From the sequence record NC_014792.1: DNA of 64,000 nt; one strand, 5' to 3'. Position 1 is the stretch's first letter, and each line of letters starts with the position of its first letter. The notes beneath the pieces are model-generated. The model did no database searches. It saw only the letters and a program-made list of their open reading frames with translations, and was not told the DNA's origin. The DNA comes from Escherichia phage vB_EcoM_VR7. The position numbers were made by a program, and so were the translations under genes. Positions 7,548 through 18,829 of this stretch are shown here, piece after piece.

Positions 7548-8219
7548 TTATTTTATTAATGTGTTAAGTCTTAGCTTAGTCATAAACGGATAACGTTCCA
7601 ACATTGGCTTTACCCAGTATCGAGGATGCAATTCCTTTTTATATGCTAGGACCAACTCTCGAGCTTGCTCGACGGTATCAACTCCGAAGTTTTTACACAT
7701 TTCTTGCCTATCTTTTTCCCACCGGCGCTTTGATAATTCTGCGTTGACTTTCGTAAATGTATCATTCTTTCGGTTGTGTTTTTTGCCCGTTGTTGGGCTG
7801 TAATGTCTTCCTTTAACGAATCCTTCTGGAACGTCTTCCCACGGAAATAATTTTATCGATTTGACACCATTATTAAAATAAACTTTTCCCGTTTGACTTT
7901 TCGAAATGTTGTTGGCATGTTTACGTCTTAACCAACCAAATAATTTATTGTTATGCCGTTTATGATTTTTTGAATTTTGTGCCATTGTTGTTGCGGCAAA
8001 ACTTAACCCAGGATGTGTGGGATATATTTTAACCAGTAATTGATGCGCGACATAATGTTCTTCGGGTGTTAAATTAACCAGATTATCTGGGTCATTGGAA
8101 CCGCCCATACATTTTGGAATGATGTGATGAGATTCTTTATATGAAATCAGGACCCTGTTACGGGCCCTTTCAATTAACGATGAATATATAAACTGATAAT
8201 TCAAAGTGAATTTCTCCAA
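7548..8219 (-). CDS. HNH homing endonuclease (freestanding), inserted between genes 3 and 2
   Basis: HNH core [30 protein letters not shown]; non-ATG (TTG) start with weak RBS; not present between T4 genes 2 and 3. Confidence 0.75.
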   Translation of the reverse strand: MEKFTLNYQFIYSSLIERARNRVLISYKESHHIIPKCMGGSNDPDNLVNLTPEEHYVAHQLLVKIYPTHPGLSFAATTMAQNSKNHKRHNNKLFGWLRRKHANNISKSQTGKVYFNNGVKSIKLFPWEDVPEGFVKGRHYSPTTGKKHNRKNDTFTKVNAELSKRRWEKDRQEMCKNFGVDTVEQARELVLAYKKELHPRYWVKPMLERYPFMTKLRLNTLIK

Positions 8220-9037
8220 ACTTTTTGTGCAGAGAATTTTTTGCCTTTGCTGTAAAAAGCTTGCAATGGAAGCATAACAACGTTTGCCCAGTCGCTGGGC
8301 TTGATTTCAGTGATAGTACCTTTTATATTACCAGGTATATATGCTTTAATCATCTGGTCAGCCCCTTTAAATCCCTTCACCTTTGACCAATCAATCTTCA
8401 GATGAGTCTTGTTCGTAATCGTAGGAGTATTAGCATATTGCTTAAGCAGTTCCTCAAGGAACTCTTGACGTGCCTTCGGTGGAATATAGTGCAAGTTCAA
8501 ACCATACATCAAATTGTGCTTACCTAACCCAAGATAAATGATTAACGGATATTTGTCCCAGTACGGAAGAGTATCCTTATGCTTTGCATCATAGATATAA
8601 GCATAAATCTTACCTGGTTGAGGTTTAGCCGTTACGTGTCCTCTGACAGCTTTCTTAATTGTCTCTGCGAACCATCTGGCAGATTTGGTGTTGCTTGCAG
8701 CGCCTTCGTTAGCAATCTTATCTCTTATGCTCTTTCTAAAGCTATTCACCATTATTAGCTGGCGTTCAGCCTTCGTAAGTTTACCAGCAGGTTTCTTTTT
8801 GAGTTTGGATACTTTATAAGCAGTCTGAATTCTCGAATGATATCTTGACATGCTTTTGGTAAAGGTTGAATAGTTGATTCCTTTCTCTTCAGCAAACTTT
8901 TTCGAGGTCATTCCCTTTTCTTTTGCTGTATAAAATTCAACCCCTATCTCAACCCATTGTTGTTCGGATTTACTGGGTTTCGGACCCGGTTTATCTGCAG
9001 ATTCATTGATAAATGTAAAAATACTCATCCTTTCCAT
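8201..9037 (-). CDS. 2: gp2 DNA end-protector / head completion protein
   Basis: 278 aa; synteny between 3 and 4. Confidence 0.8.
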   Translation of the reverse strand: MERMSIFTFINESADKPGPKPSKSEQQWVEIGVEFYTAKEKGMTSKKFAEEKGINYSTFTKSMSRYHSRIQTAYKVSKLKKKPAGKLTKAERQLIMVNSFRKSIRDKIANEGAASNTKSARWFAETIKKAVRGHVTAKPQPGKIYAYIYDAKHKDTLPYWDKYPLIIYLGLGKHNLMYGLNLHYIPPKARQEFLEELLKQYANTPTITNKTHLKIDWSKVKGFKGADQMIKAYIPGNIKGTITEIKPSDWANVVMLPLQAFYSKGKKFSAQKVWRNSL

Positions 9038-9474
9038 CCTAATTTTTTCAGTGAGTTTTCAGTGATTATCCTGAACGTTATACCCATTTTATCTGCCGTA
9101 GATTGTGCAGCTTTCCATTTGTCCGAGTTAACAGCCCAGGTATACATCTCGTTAATAAATCTCTTTTTGCTCGCAGCGGTATTATTAACAGGTTTGGTTG
9201 GTGGTCTTGTTTCTTTTAATGGCTTAACTTCGAAAAAGAACTGTTGTCCTGTATCAAACTTAACCCAGAAATCCATATAATACCTGCGCTTTTTACCATC
9301 GGCATTGCTAAAGTAAGGGATGATAACAGTCTCAGAACCCCATTGAACAACGTTCGGATGGTTGTCGAGCCATCTCATCAACCAAGCCTCCCAGCTCGAC
9401 CTGTATTGTATTTTCTTCCAGTCACCCTTATATTTTTCTATATTAGTGGGCTTAAATTTCCCGGAGTATGCCAT
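9025..9474 (-). CDS. 4: gp4 head completion protein
   Basis: 149 aa; MAYSGK... N-terminus and overall match to remembered T4 gp4. Confidence 0.9.
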   Translation of the reverse strand: MAYSGKFKPTNIEKYKGDWKKIQYRSSWEAWLMRWLDNHPNVVQWGSETVIIPYFSNADGKKRRYYMDFWVKFDTGQQFFFEVKPLKETRPPTKPVNNTAASKKRFINEMYTWAVNSDKWKAAQSTADKMGITFRIITENSLKKLGWKG

Positions 9475-9502
9475 ATAGCCTCCTAATAAATATTGATATA
9501 CT

Positions 9503-9510
9503 TATTTATA
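9503..9510 (-). promoter_or_regulatory. T4 late promoter TATAAATA (minus strand) for genes 4-2-3
   Basis: Plus tatttata is TATAAATA on the minus strand, ~29 nt upstream of the gp4 start; overlaps a near-consensus plus-strand TATAAATG for gene 53. Confidence 0.55.
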
Positions 9511-9522
9511 AATGGAGGCTTT

Positions 9523-10125
9523 ATGCTTTTTTCATTTTTTAACCCAATTGATTATGATGCTAAAACAATCAGAAAAAACCCTGCATCATTGACGAAAGAA
9601 GATGTCTTAAGCATTCCAATGACAGACATCTTCAGAAATTATCGTGCTTACTTTGATAAGGTCGCGGTCAATTATACACCAAAAACCTATTACATCGCCG
9701 GAGCTCCGCGTCCGGAAGAATTATCATATCAGCTTTACGGTAACACGCAGCTATATTGGGTTCTCCTTATGCTCAATGATATCTATGACCCTTATTATGG
9801 TTGGCTTTGTACCCAAGAAGCATCGTATCAAGCATCAATTCAGAAATATTCGAATGTCGGGGGTAATCAGGTCCTTTATCATGTGAATGAAGATGGTGAA
9901 AAGTTCTGGAACCTTGTTTCTTATCCTGATAATCCATACACATGGTACGATAAAGGTGACAAGAACAAATTATATCCACAATACGAAGGTCCATTAGCTG
10001 CAGTGGATATCTATGAAGATGCTATCCGTAAAAATGAATACAAACGCGAAATAAAAATAATCGACCCGGAAGATATTGAGTCATTTATTTCCGCACTTAT
10101 CCGTGAAATGGAGAAGGCGCTATGA
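9523..10125 (+). CDS. 53: gp53 baseplate wedge protein
   Basis: ORF track 9493..10125 trimmed to the ATG at 9523 (GGAGG RBS); MLFSFFNPIDY... matches T4 gp53. Confidence 0.9.
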   Translation: MLFSFFNPIDYDAKTIRKNPASLTKEDVLSIPMTDIFRNYRAYFDKVAVNYTPKTYYIAGAPRPEELSYQLYGNTQLYWVLLMLNDIYDPYYGWLCTQEASYQASIQKYSNVGGNQVLYHVNEDGEKFWNLVSYPDNPYTWYDKGDKNKLYPQYEGPLAAVDIYEDAIRKNEYKREIKIIDPEDIESFISALIREMEKAL

Positions 10126-11852
10126 TTAATATGTCAGATAGTGTAAGTTGGTTCGTCGGTGTAGTTGAAGACCGAATGGACCCGCTTCAGCAAGGCCGTG
10201 TGCGCGTTCGCGTGTGGGGTATGCATCCATATGAGAAAGCACAAGGTCCTGTGAAAGGTATCAGAACCGAAGACCTCCCTTGGATGTCTGTATTGATGCC
10301 AACATCATCTGCGTCGGTTTCTGGAATTCAAACCGCAATGACTGGTATGGTACCAGGGACTCAGGTATATGGTCACTTTTTGGACAAGTGGAAGCTCAAC
10401 GGTCTTGTCATTGGTACATATGGTTCAGCCTCAAGACAAAAAGCAAATCCTAACGAAGGCTTCTCTGACCCCACGGGACAATATCCACTTTATGTCGGTA
10501 ATGATGCTGCAGCGCTTAACCGTGGGGGTGAAGTTGGTTATGATGCTACTTCGAACGTAATCCAGGATGCAAACCTTGACCTTGGTATTAACCCTGATGG
10601 CCTTGATTTAAGCCAGGTTAAGCCAGATGATAATCCCAATTTCACAATTGAAAATATGCTTCACCGCGATGAAGGTCTTCGTTTGAAAGTATATTGGGAC
10701 TCCGAAGGATATCCGACTGTCGGGATTGGTCACCTTATTACCCCGCAAAAAATTCGTAATATGGAACAAATCAACTTGATATTATCAAAGCAAGTTGACC
10801 GTGAAGTTAAAGGAAACCCAGGCACAATATCCATGGATGAAGCTTCGAAGTTATTCCAGGAAGACCTTAAGAAAGTACAAAAAGATATTGGCAGTACAAA
10901 TGCGCTTTTATCCCAGGTTTATAACCAAGAAAACAGGTCAAGACAAATGGCCCTGGAAAACATGGCATTCCAAATGGGTGTAGGTGGACTGGCTAAGTTT
11001 CGTAGCATGCTAGGCAATATGCTTGTTAAAGATTATAAAGCCGCTTTCGATAACGCAAGGGATTCGGTTTGGTTCCAACAGACAAAAGGCCGGGCATCAA
11101 GGGTATCGATGATTATCTTGACTGGCAACATGGAGTCATATGGCATCATGGCTCCAAAAGAAGGTGGACGTGCTCGCATGGCTACTTTTGCCGAACCAAG
11201 AGAAGCCGTCCCGGCTGACCCGTGGACTCCAGAAGATACAAGGATTCTGTTTAAAGAACCAGAATCAAGTTACAAAGGCGAATATCCTTACATACAGACA
11301 ATGCAAACCGAAGGCGGTCACATTCAGGAATTCGATAACACTCCTGGACAAGAACGTTATCGACTGATTCACCCGACTGGCTCCTATGAGGAAGTTGCTC
11401 CGGATGGTCGTAAGACTTCAAAGACAGTAGCCGATGGTTATTATATGACCCAGGGCGATTCGAGCACTTATGTCGGCGGTAATAATAAAGTCAACGTCGG
11501 CGGCGATGAAACCTATTACAATATGGCTAACGTTCGCAGACAAACCGATGGAAACGAAAGCATTCATATCAGAGGGAATGAAACCAAAACTATCGAAGGT
11601 GACGGTACAATTATTGTCAAAGGTAATGTAAGTATTCTGGTCGAAGGTAATGCTGAAATAACTGTTAAAGGTGATGCAAAAACTCTTGTCGAAGGTAACC
11701 ATGATTATACAGTAAATGGTAATGTCAAATGGTCCGTTAATGGAAACGTTGATATGACTGTAGCTGGCAACTGGTCCGAGACTATGGCTTCAATGAGTTC
11801 TATTGCATCTGGACAATATACTATTGATGGTTCGAGGATTGACATTGGCTAA
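10122..11852 (+). CDS. 5: gp5 baseplate hub / cell-puncturing device with tail lysozyme domain
   Basis: 576 aa; OB-fold N-terminus, lysozyme domain, C-terminal VxGNxxV beta-helix repeats. Confidence 0.95.
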   Translation: MINMSDSVSWFVGVVEDRMDPLQQGRVRVRVWGMHPYEKAQGPVKGIRTEDLPWMSVLMPTSSASVSGIQTAMTGMVPGTQVYGHFLDKWKLNGLVIGTYGSASRQKANPNEGFSDPTGQYPLYVGNDAAALNRGGEVGYDATSNVIQDANLDLGINPDGLDLSQVKPDDNPNFTIENMLHRDEGLRLKVYWDSEGYPTVGIGHLITPQKIRNMEQINLILSKQVDREVKGNPGTISMDEASKLFQEDLKKVQKDIGSTNALLSQVYNQENRSRQMALENMAFQMGVGGLAKFRSMLGNMLVKDYKAAFDNARDSVWFQQTKGRASRVSMIILTGNMESYGIMAPKEGGRARMATFAEPREAVPADPWTPEDTRILFKEPESSYKGEYPYIQTMQTEGGHIQEFDNTPGQERYRLIHPTGSYEEVAPDGRKTSKTVADGYYMTQGDSSTYVGGNNKVNVGGDETYYNMANVRRQTDGNESIHIRGNETKTIEGDGTIIVKGNVSILVEGNAEITVKGDAKTLVEGNHDYTVNGNVKWSVNGNVDMTVAGNWSETMASMSSIASGQYTIDGSRIDIG

Positions 11853-11886
11853 TATCCTACCAATGAGCGCTGATTTAGGAGACTCC

Positions 11887-12384
11887 ATGGAAGGAGCCTC
11901 AATCGATGTTACGTTTACAGCTCAATTAGAAACAAACGAAACATTAGTCGAAATAAATATAACTGAATATGAGGCCACCCCTGGCGTTAATGTTGAGGGC
12001 AATCATCTTTATGGTGTTTATGAATCCGTGTTCGGATTTGCAGATGATGCGCTTAAATATCGGCTTAACGATGAATTTAAAACTGCTGGTTCATGGGAAG
12101 ACCTTCCTGCGGATAAGAGTACTCAATTGTATCTCTGGAGGGCCCCAGCGAGCCTCCAGAAGGTCTTTTCATACACAGTAACCCTAACCTATGACTTTCA
12201 AGAAGAGAGCTCTGGTGGAGACACAGGGAACTCTGGTGGCAGTAATAGTCGTGCAGGTAATGAGACTGACCCACCACCAGCTCCAGTAAGGAAGACAATG
12301 ACAAAAGTTTACACAAAAACTATCGTCGGTAACTGGTCAAGATGGGCAGATAAATTGCGTTCATACGTATACGCGAGGGATTAA
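11887..12384 (+). CDS. gp5.1-like hypothetical protein
   Basis: ORF between 5 and 5.4; start set at the ATG at 11887 with AGGAG RBS. Confidence 0.55.
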   Translation: MEGASIDVTFTAQLETNETLVEINITEYEATPGVNVEGNHLYGVYESVFGFADDALKYRLNDEFKTAGSWEDLPADKSTQLYLWRAPASLQKVFSYTVTLTYDFQEESSGGDTGNSGGSNSRAGNETDPPPAPVRKTMTKVYTKTIVGNWSRWADKLRSYVYARD

Positions 12385-12677
12385 TGGCTGGATTAAGTTT
12401 TAATCAATGTGTTACAGCAGGTCACGAAGCATGGCCGCCGACTGTAATCAATGCAACTCAAGGTAAAGTATTCACCGGGGGAATTCCTGTGTTAGTTGCC
12501 GGGGACCCTATTACCGAGCATACCGAAATTAAAAAACCATATGAAACCCACGGTGGAGTAACACAACCAAGAACTCCGAAGGTATTTGTTACCGGTAAGA
12601 AAGCTGTTCAAATGGCGGACCCGATTTCATGTGGTGATACTGTGGCTCAAGCCTCATCAAAAGTCTTTATAAAATAG
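12384..12677 (+). CDS. 5.4: gp5.4 PAAR-repeat spike tip protein
   Basis: 97 aa, directly after 5/5.1 as in T4. Confidence 0.8.
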   Translation: MAGLSFNQCVTAGHEAWPPTVINATQGKVFTGGIPVLVAGDPITEHTEIKKPYETHGGVTQPRTPKVFVTGKKAVQMADPISCGDTVAQASSKVFIK

Positions 12678-12685
12678 GAAATAAA

Positions 12686-14644
12686 ATGGCTACTCCTACG
12701 AATTACCAATTAACAAGAACCGTTAACGCTATCCCAAAAGTATTTGTGGGAGCTACGTTTGAAGAAATTAAAAAGAACATCATCGACTGGTTATCAAGCC
12801 AGGATGAATTTAAGGATTATGATTTCGTAGGTTCGCGAATGAACATCCTGATTGATATGCTTGCATATAATACATTGTATATGCAGCAATTTGCTAATAC
12901 AGCGGTTTATGAAACATTCATCGGAACTGCAAACTTAAGGTCTTCTGTTGTTCAGGCCGCACAGGATAATGGTTATCTTCCATCTTCACGTTCGGCTGCA
13001 AAGACTTCGGTTATGTTGACATGTTCTCACGCTCTGCAACCATCGAATATTGAAATCCCGCGCGGGACTAAGTTCCTGGCTTATGCTCGTGATACATCAG
13101 CTGACCCTTATATGTTTGTCACAACGGATAATGTAATCGCGGTAAAAGACATTAACAACCAATATCTGCCGATTGTGTCCCTTGCACAAGGTCGTATTAT
13201 TCGTACTGAACTTTTGTATGACCCGAAACAACCGATTCTTATTCGTGACCCAGATATTGACCGAAAAGAAGTTAAGCTTTTCGTGAACGGTATCGAGTGG
13301 ACCGACTGGACAAACAAATCAATGGTTCATGCTGGCTCAACGTCCACTATTTTCTATATGCGCGAAACTGTTGATGGTAATACCGAATTCTTCTTTGGTG
13401 AAGGTGAAGCATCGAAATCGGTTGCCGGGGGTGTCATGGAAGCCAACTATATTGGTGGTCTGAAACCTGTACAGGACTCGACCATTGTTATCGAATATCT
13501 TCGCACTTCAGGGGCCGATGCAAATGGCGCAGTTGATTTCAGCTATGCAGACTCCTTGACTTATATCACAGTTGACAAGATTACCGAAAACTACAATAAT
13601 GACCCAGATTATGTAGGCGCTGATGGCGGCGGTGACCCGGAAGATATTGAACGAATCCGTGAACTGGCTGTAGTTAAACGTGAAGCACAAATGCGTGCAG
13701 TCACCGGGACCGATTATGATACCTTCGTATCAGAAAGATTTGGCTCAATCGTGCAAGCCGTGCAGACGTTTACGGACGCGAATAAACCTGGATATGCGTT
13801 TATATCAGTTAAACCTAAATCGGGCTTGTATCTCACCGCAGTGCAGCGTGAGGACATCAAAAACTACCTTAGTGAGTTCAACGTATCGACAATTACACCA
13901 TCGGTAATTTCTCCCGATTATTTGTTCCTTAAACACAATATCAAAGTGTCTTATGCGCTGAATAAATTACAGGAATCTGAACAGTGGTTACAAGCACAAA
14001 TCATTAACCAGATTGACCGTTATTATATTGATGAAGTTGAATTGTTTAACCACAGCTTTGCCAAATCGAAAATGCTCACTTATGTGGATAATACTGACCA
14101 TAGTATTTTGGGTTCGTCTGCAACAGTGACAATGGTTCGTGAAGTCTTGAATTTCTTTAAGACTCCAGAATCCGGCATTAAATATTATAATCAATATACT
14201 AATAGGTCTGTGGAATCAAGCGAATTCGAATTTGTTCCAACTAACCAAAGTGATACCGTTACCTCCTATAATGTTCGTATTGTAGCGACTGACCGTAACT
14301 CATCTGGTGATGGTAAAATGGTCATTGGCCCATTCCGTGTGGGTGATGTGCAGCTTAATGCGAATATTCAACCTTATACAGGTACTGACTTTAATAAGAT
14401 GGCTGCTCCGGCTGACCAGACTCAATACTTTGTAATCGGTGAAATCGATTATTGGTCTGATTATATTTTCTGGGACATTGCTGCAATTGGTTTATCTTCT
14501 GAACGTTTTGAAGTGCAATCAATCGAATTGTATGCAGGCCCCGACCAGGACAACATCTATACAAAAGACGGTTCGCTTATCGTATTCGAAAATGACCTTC
14601 GTCCACAGTATACGACTATTAATTTAGAACCAATTACATTATAA
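12686..14644 (+). CDS. 6: gp6 baseplate wedge protein
   Basis: 652 aa; synteny and size. Confidence 0.9.
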   Translation: MATPTNYQLTRTVNAIPKVFVGATFEEIKKNIIDWLSSQDEFKDYDFVGSRMNILIDMLAYNTLYMQQFANTAVYETFIGTANLRSSVVQAAQDNGYLPSSRSAAKTSVMLTCSHALQPSNIEIPRGTKFLAYARDTSADPYMFVTTDNVIAVKDINNQYLPIVSLAQGRIIRTELLYDPKQPILIRDPDIDRKEVKLFVNGIEWTDWTNKSMVHAGSTSTIFYMRETVDGNTEFFFGEGEASKSVAGGVMEANYIGGLKPVQDSTIVIEYLRTSGADANGAVDFSYADSLTYITVDKITENYNNDPDYVGADGGGDPEDIERIRELAVVKREAQMRAVTGTDYDTFVSERFGSIVQAVQTFTDANKPGYAFISVKPKSGLYLTAVQREDIKNYLSEFNVSTITPSVISPDYLFLKHNIKVSYALNKLQESEQWLQAQIINQIDRYYIDEVELFNHSFAKSKMLTYVDNTDHSILGSSATVTMVREVLNFFKTPESGIKYYNQYTNRSVESSEFEFVPTNQSDTVTSYNVRIVATDRNSSGDGKMVIGPFRVGDVQLNANIQPYTGTDFNKMAAPADQTQYFVIGEIDYWSDYIFWDIAAIGLSSERFEVQSIELYAGPDQDNIYTKDGSLIVFENDLRPQYTTINLEPITL

Positions 14645-14672
14645 GCCTCTCCGGAGGCTTTAAGGAATCTTA

Positions 14673-17600
14673 ATGACCGTTAAAGCCCCTTCTGTTACTA
14701 GCTTGCGGATTGATAAACTATCTGCCAACCAGGTTAGTATTAAATGGGATGATGTAGGCTCCAACTTTTACTATTTTGTGGAGATTGCGCAAATCACAGA
14801 AAATGGAGTACACATCCCAACTAGAGATTTAATTTGGCGTGACCTTGGTTATACCGCAGACAATGAATGGTTCGAGCAGGAATATATTCGTCCGTTAACA
14901 AGTTATCAGATGCGTGTGTCTGTTGCGGCAATGGGCTTCGAACAGTCTGATTGGGAATACACCGAAGAATTTGAAACCTTTGCAACAAACGCATATACTT
15001 TTGAACATATGCGCGAATTTAGTTTGGCCAATAAATTCATTGAAGAAAAATTCACCAATAACAATCAGAGATATATCAACTTTAACAATGATGCTATTAT
15101 GGCCTCATTGATGTCCGAAGACTTTACATGGACCTCTGCATATTCTCATTTGTCTTCAATCTCGAACTATGTTTTACAAGAAGACCAATATCACGAAATC
15201 CAGGGACCGATTCAAGCAGTTTGTGTTGACCAAAACCGCACGATGCTTGCTGAACTCGGTGGAGTTCTTTATTTGTTCGAACGCTTCCAGCCGATGGTTA
15301 AAGTCTCCAATGACAAAGGTCAGAACTGGTATTACATAAGACTCTTTAACGAGCGTATCGGTAACCCTGTATCAAGAACTGTGTATTACCAGACTGATAC
15401 CACAACTTACGTTTTGGGGTATGACCGTATATTCTATGGTCGCCAATCAAGTGACATAAGATGGTCTGCAGATGATGTTCGATTCAGTTCCGAAGATATT
15501 ACATTTGCTAAAGTCGGTTCGGATATTAACCTTGGATTTGATATTGAAATCTTCGGTAACTATGCAAGACTTCCGGCCTATATTTCGCAAATAGCAGAAG
15601 CTATTACGGTTTCGGATGAGTTCATTTATGTCGCGGCTCGTGGTCGTGTATATAAAGCAAAAACCTCTGATGCGCCGATTGATACAACCCCAGGGTCTCC
15701 GACCTTTGGTGAAAAACTATTTGAAACTGGTTACAGTACAATTACGGCGAACCCTAAAGCAGTTTGCTATAAAATGGATTCAGTTCAAGGTCATACGTTT
15801 GCATTAATTACGGGTGAAGTTAAAGAAGAAAGACAAGACCCAACTAAACCTGAAAACGTTGTTGACTCTCTGGATAAAGGTGTTTATAAATTAGACCCGG
15901 ATACTGATACATGGACGAGAGTTTTCGGTAATACAGAAGAAGAACGACGCCGAATCGAACATGGTTATGCGAGCATGTCAACTGATGGCATCGAAGTGTT
16001 CTTTAGCTCCAGCAACTTCAAATATTCGGTTGAGCCTGATACTGAACTCCCTCTTAAATATCCTGATGAAGTTAACGAAGCAGTCAAATACGTTTACGAT
16101 GAACAATGGATACATGATAAGCATTACCTGATGATGAGCTTCAGAGCTGGTGAAGATTCTGGCTTCGAAGAGTTCAAACCTGGGCGTATGACTTACTATG
16201 CAGAGCCGTTCTTTAACTGGTCAAGACGTGACGATACTCGTTGTTGGATTACAACTTCTGACCGAGCAATGGTCGTATATAACGATGTCCTTTATCAGTA
16301 CATCATCGATACATTTGGTGGAACTTCCCCAGAACGTATTGTACATGAATACTGGAACAAAGGTCAAGTAACGATTACTGCACCTAACATCGAATTCAAT
16401 AGCTTTAAAAAATATGCCTCCGGGATTATGCTTCATAAAAATACCGGGGAATTAATTGGCTATTTTGAGTTTGACTATCGCGTGCGTGATGAAGTGCGTA
16501 TCATCTGGAAGCCAAAAGAAATTATGCTTATGGCTGAACTGCAAAACCAGGAACACGATATTCCATGGACTCCGGAAAATGAGAACAAGGAAAAAGACCC
16601 TGACTTGCAGCCACTGTTAACGAAGATGGTCCCGGATAGTTATCTTTTACAGGATAGCAAATTTGAAAAATTCTGTGAATACTATTTGCAGTTCATCAGT
16701 GATGGCTCCGGTACATACTATAACAACCTGTTGAATCTTATTCGCAACCAATATCCGCGAGAGGAAGATGCATGGGAATATCTCTGGAGCGAAATGTACA
16801 AACGCAACATTTATCTCTCCAAGGAAAAACGTGACGAAGCTGTTCGATTCTTCCAAGCCAGACAGTCTGATTTTTGGGCAACAAAAGGTACAGAAGCGTC
16901 TTATAAGTTCCTGTTCAAATTGTTATATAATGAAGATGTTGAAATTGACATCGAATCCAAAAACGGAACCGAGTATGATATTGTAGTTGAATCTGATAAT
17001 ATCAGTGAAGACATTGTAGGCCAAACCATTTATACCGCTACCGGGCGCAGTAATGTGACTTATATGGAGCGCGATTATAAAGATGGTAAATTAAGATGGC
17101 GCATCACGATTCATAATCTCCTGGGCCGTTTTATTGCTGGACAAGAAATTAAATCAGAAAGAACCTCATTCGAGGGGATGATTGTACAAGGTGTTCGTGG
17201 TAAAGAGTTGTTGAGTAACAACATCGATTATATTAACCGTAATCGCTCTTATTACGTAATGACAATTAAGTCAAACCTTCCGACCTCCCGTTATCGTAAT
17301 GACGTTTTAAGATTCGTTCACCCGGTTGGATTTGGATTCATCGGTATTACGTTGCTGACAATGTTTGTTAACGTTGGTTTGACTCTTAAACACACCGAGA
17401 CAATCATTAATAAATTAAGTAACTATAGATGGTCTTCTGGTATTCCGTCCGAATGGAATGACCGAGTTGCGGTGATTGGTGTTGATGGTACTATTGAGAA
17501 AAACCCTACCACAGGCGAAGCAATATATAACATCGCTCCTAATGCTGGTCAACCTTTCCCGTTACCTGCGGATTATGATGCCGAGAATGATTTCTCAATG

Positions 17601-17768
17601 TTCTATGGGTTGTTACCGTCACAACGTCGTGGAAAATATAGTCCACTGTTTGACCAGTCTGCTGTTACATTCTCGAATTGGAGAGCATTAGTTGACCAAC
17701 GTCTTAAAGATGATATTGGTAATCCAAGAGACCCGGTTAATCCTACACAGGTAAATGTAAATGAATAA
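14673..17768 (+). CDS. 7: gp7 baseplate wedge initiator
   Basis: 1031 aa; synteny and size. Confidence 0.9.
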   Translation: MTVKAPSVTSLRIDKLSANQVSIKWDDVGSNFYYFVEIAQITENGVHIPTRDLIWRDLGYTADNEWFEQEYIRPLTSYQMRVSVAAMGFEQSDWEYTEEFETFATNAYTFEHMREFSLANKFIEEKFTNNNQRYINFNNDAIMASLMSEDFTWTSAYSHLSSISNYVLQEDQYHEIQGPIQAVCVDQNRTMLAELGGVLYLFERFQPMVKVSNDKGQNWYYIRLFNERIGNPVSRTVYYQTDTTTYVLGYDRIFYGRQSSDIRWSADDVRFSSEDITFAKVGSDINLGFDIEIFGNYARLPAYISQIAEAITVSDEFIYVAARGRVYKAKTSDAPIDTTPGSPTFGEKLFETGYSTITANPKAVCYKMDSVQGHTFALITGEVKEERQDPTKPENVVDSLDKGVYKLDPDTDTWTRVFGNTEEERRRIEHGYASMSTDGIEVFFSSSNFKYSVEPDTELPLKYPDEVNEAVKYVYDEQWIHDKHYLMMSFRAGEDSGFEEFKPGRMTYYAEPFFNWSRRDDTRCWITTSDRAMVVYNDVLYQYIIDTFGGTSPERIVHEYWNKGQVTITAPNIEFNSFKKYASGIMLHKNTGELIGYFEFDYRVRDEVRIIWKPKEIMLMAELQNQEHDIPWTPENENKEKDPDLQPLLTKMVPDSYLLQDSKFEKFCEYYLQFISDGSGTYYNNLLNLIRNQYPREEDAWEYLWSEMYKRNIYLSKEKRDEAVRFFQARQSDFWATKGTEASYKFLFKLLYNEDVEIDIESKNGTEYDIVVESDNISEDIVGQTIYTATGRSNVTYMERDYKDGKLRWRITIHNLLGRFIAGQEIKSERTSFEGMIVQGVRGKELLSNNIDYINRNRSYYVMTIKSNLPTSRYRNDVLRFVHPVGFGFIGITLLTMFVNVGLTLKHTETIINKLSNYRWSSGIPSEWNDRVAVIGVDGTIEKNPTTGEAIYNIAPNAGQPFPLPADYDAENDFSMFYGLLPSQRRGKYSPLFDQSAVTFSNWRALVDQRLKDDIGNPRDPVNPTQVNVNE

Positions 17769-18765
17769 CTCTACCGTAGTTTACCGTTCGATTGTTACAT
17801 CAAAATTCAGAACGGAAAAAATGTATAACTTTTATGGCGCTATCGGGGATAGCGCCACTGAAAATACAATGTATGTCACGTTCGGTCGTGCAGAACCATG
17901 GGCTGCAAACGAGAACGACCCGGGGTTTGCTCCACCTTATCCGGTTGATGATGCTCAAGGCGTTGAAGATGTTTGGACTAATATGATGGGGGCAGTCAAG
18001 GTGTATAAATCTATGCTTGACTGTGTAGTTCCTCGTAAAGATTGGGGCGATGTTCGTTATCCTAACCCGTTGAACTTCCAGATTGGTGAAATTGTTGTAA
18101 GTAATACCGCGCCATATAACCGAACTGATGTTGGTAAAGGTTGGATGGTTTATCGTTGTGTGGATGTTCCTGAATCTGGTACATGTTCGATTTATTCCAT
18201 CACCAATAAGCAAGAATGTCTTAAGCTTGGTGGCAAATGGACATCAGACTATGCTTCCAGCCGTGCTCCATCTGGGACCGGTGACACCGAAGGTCGTGTT
18301 GATATGGGTGATGGCTATCTCTGGGAATATCTCTATGAGATTCCGCCTGACGTATCCATTAACCGCTGTACAAACGAATATATCGTTGTTCCATGGCCAG
18401 AAGAAATTGCAGAAGACCCAGAACGTTGGGGGTACAAAGATAACCTGACATGGCAGCAAGATGATTATGGTTTAATCTATCGTATCAAGGGTAATACAAT
18501 TCGATTCAAGGCTTTCATGGATTCGATTTATTTCCCTCAGTTCAGTCTTCCAGGTAACAAAGGATTTAGACAGATTTCAATTGTCGCCAACCCTCTGGAA
18601 ATTAAAGCTGCGCCTAATGACCCGAACATCAAAGCAACAAAAGAATATTACGATGCTATTGATTTGAGTCGACATTCTGGTGAAATGATTTACATGGAAA
18701 ACAGGCCACCTGTTTATCGTGCAATGGACCAAACCGAAGAAGTAAATATTATTTTTGAATTCTAA
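17761..18765 (+). CDS. 8: gp8 baseplate wedge protein
   Basis: 334 aa; synteny. Confidence 0.9.
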   Translation: MNNSTVVYRSIVTSKFRTEKMYNFYGAIGDSATENTMYVTFGRAEPWAANENDPGFAPPYPVDDAQGVEDVWTNMMGAVKVYKSMLDCVVPRKDWGDVRYPNPLNFQIGEIVVSNTAPYNRTDVGKGWMVYRCVDVPESGTCSIYSITNKQECLKLGGKWTSDYASSRAPSGTGDTEGRVDMGDGYLWEYLYEIPPDVSINRCTNEYIVVPWPEEIAEDPERWGYKDNLTWQQDDYGLIYRIKGNTIRFKAFMDSIYFPQFSLPGNKGFRQISIVANPLEIKAAPNDPNIKATKEYYDAIDLSRHSGEMIYMENRPPVYRAMDQTEEVNIIFEF

Positions 18766-18767
18766 CT

Positions 18768-18790
18768 AGGGACCTTCGGGTCCCTTTTTT
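18768..18790 (+). terminator. Rho-independent terminator after gene 8
   Basis: AGGGACC-ttcg-GGTCCCT followed by TTTTTT. Confidence 0.7.
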
Positions 18791-18794
18791 ATTT

Positions 18795-18802
18795 TATAAA
18801 TA
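18795..18802 (+). promoter_or_regulatory. T4 late promoter TATAAATA (gene 9)
   Basis: Exact TATAAATA ~28 nt upstream of the gp9 ATG. Confidence 0.7.
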
Positions 18803-18829
18803 TAGCTATATCAATAATGAGGCTTACCT

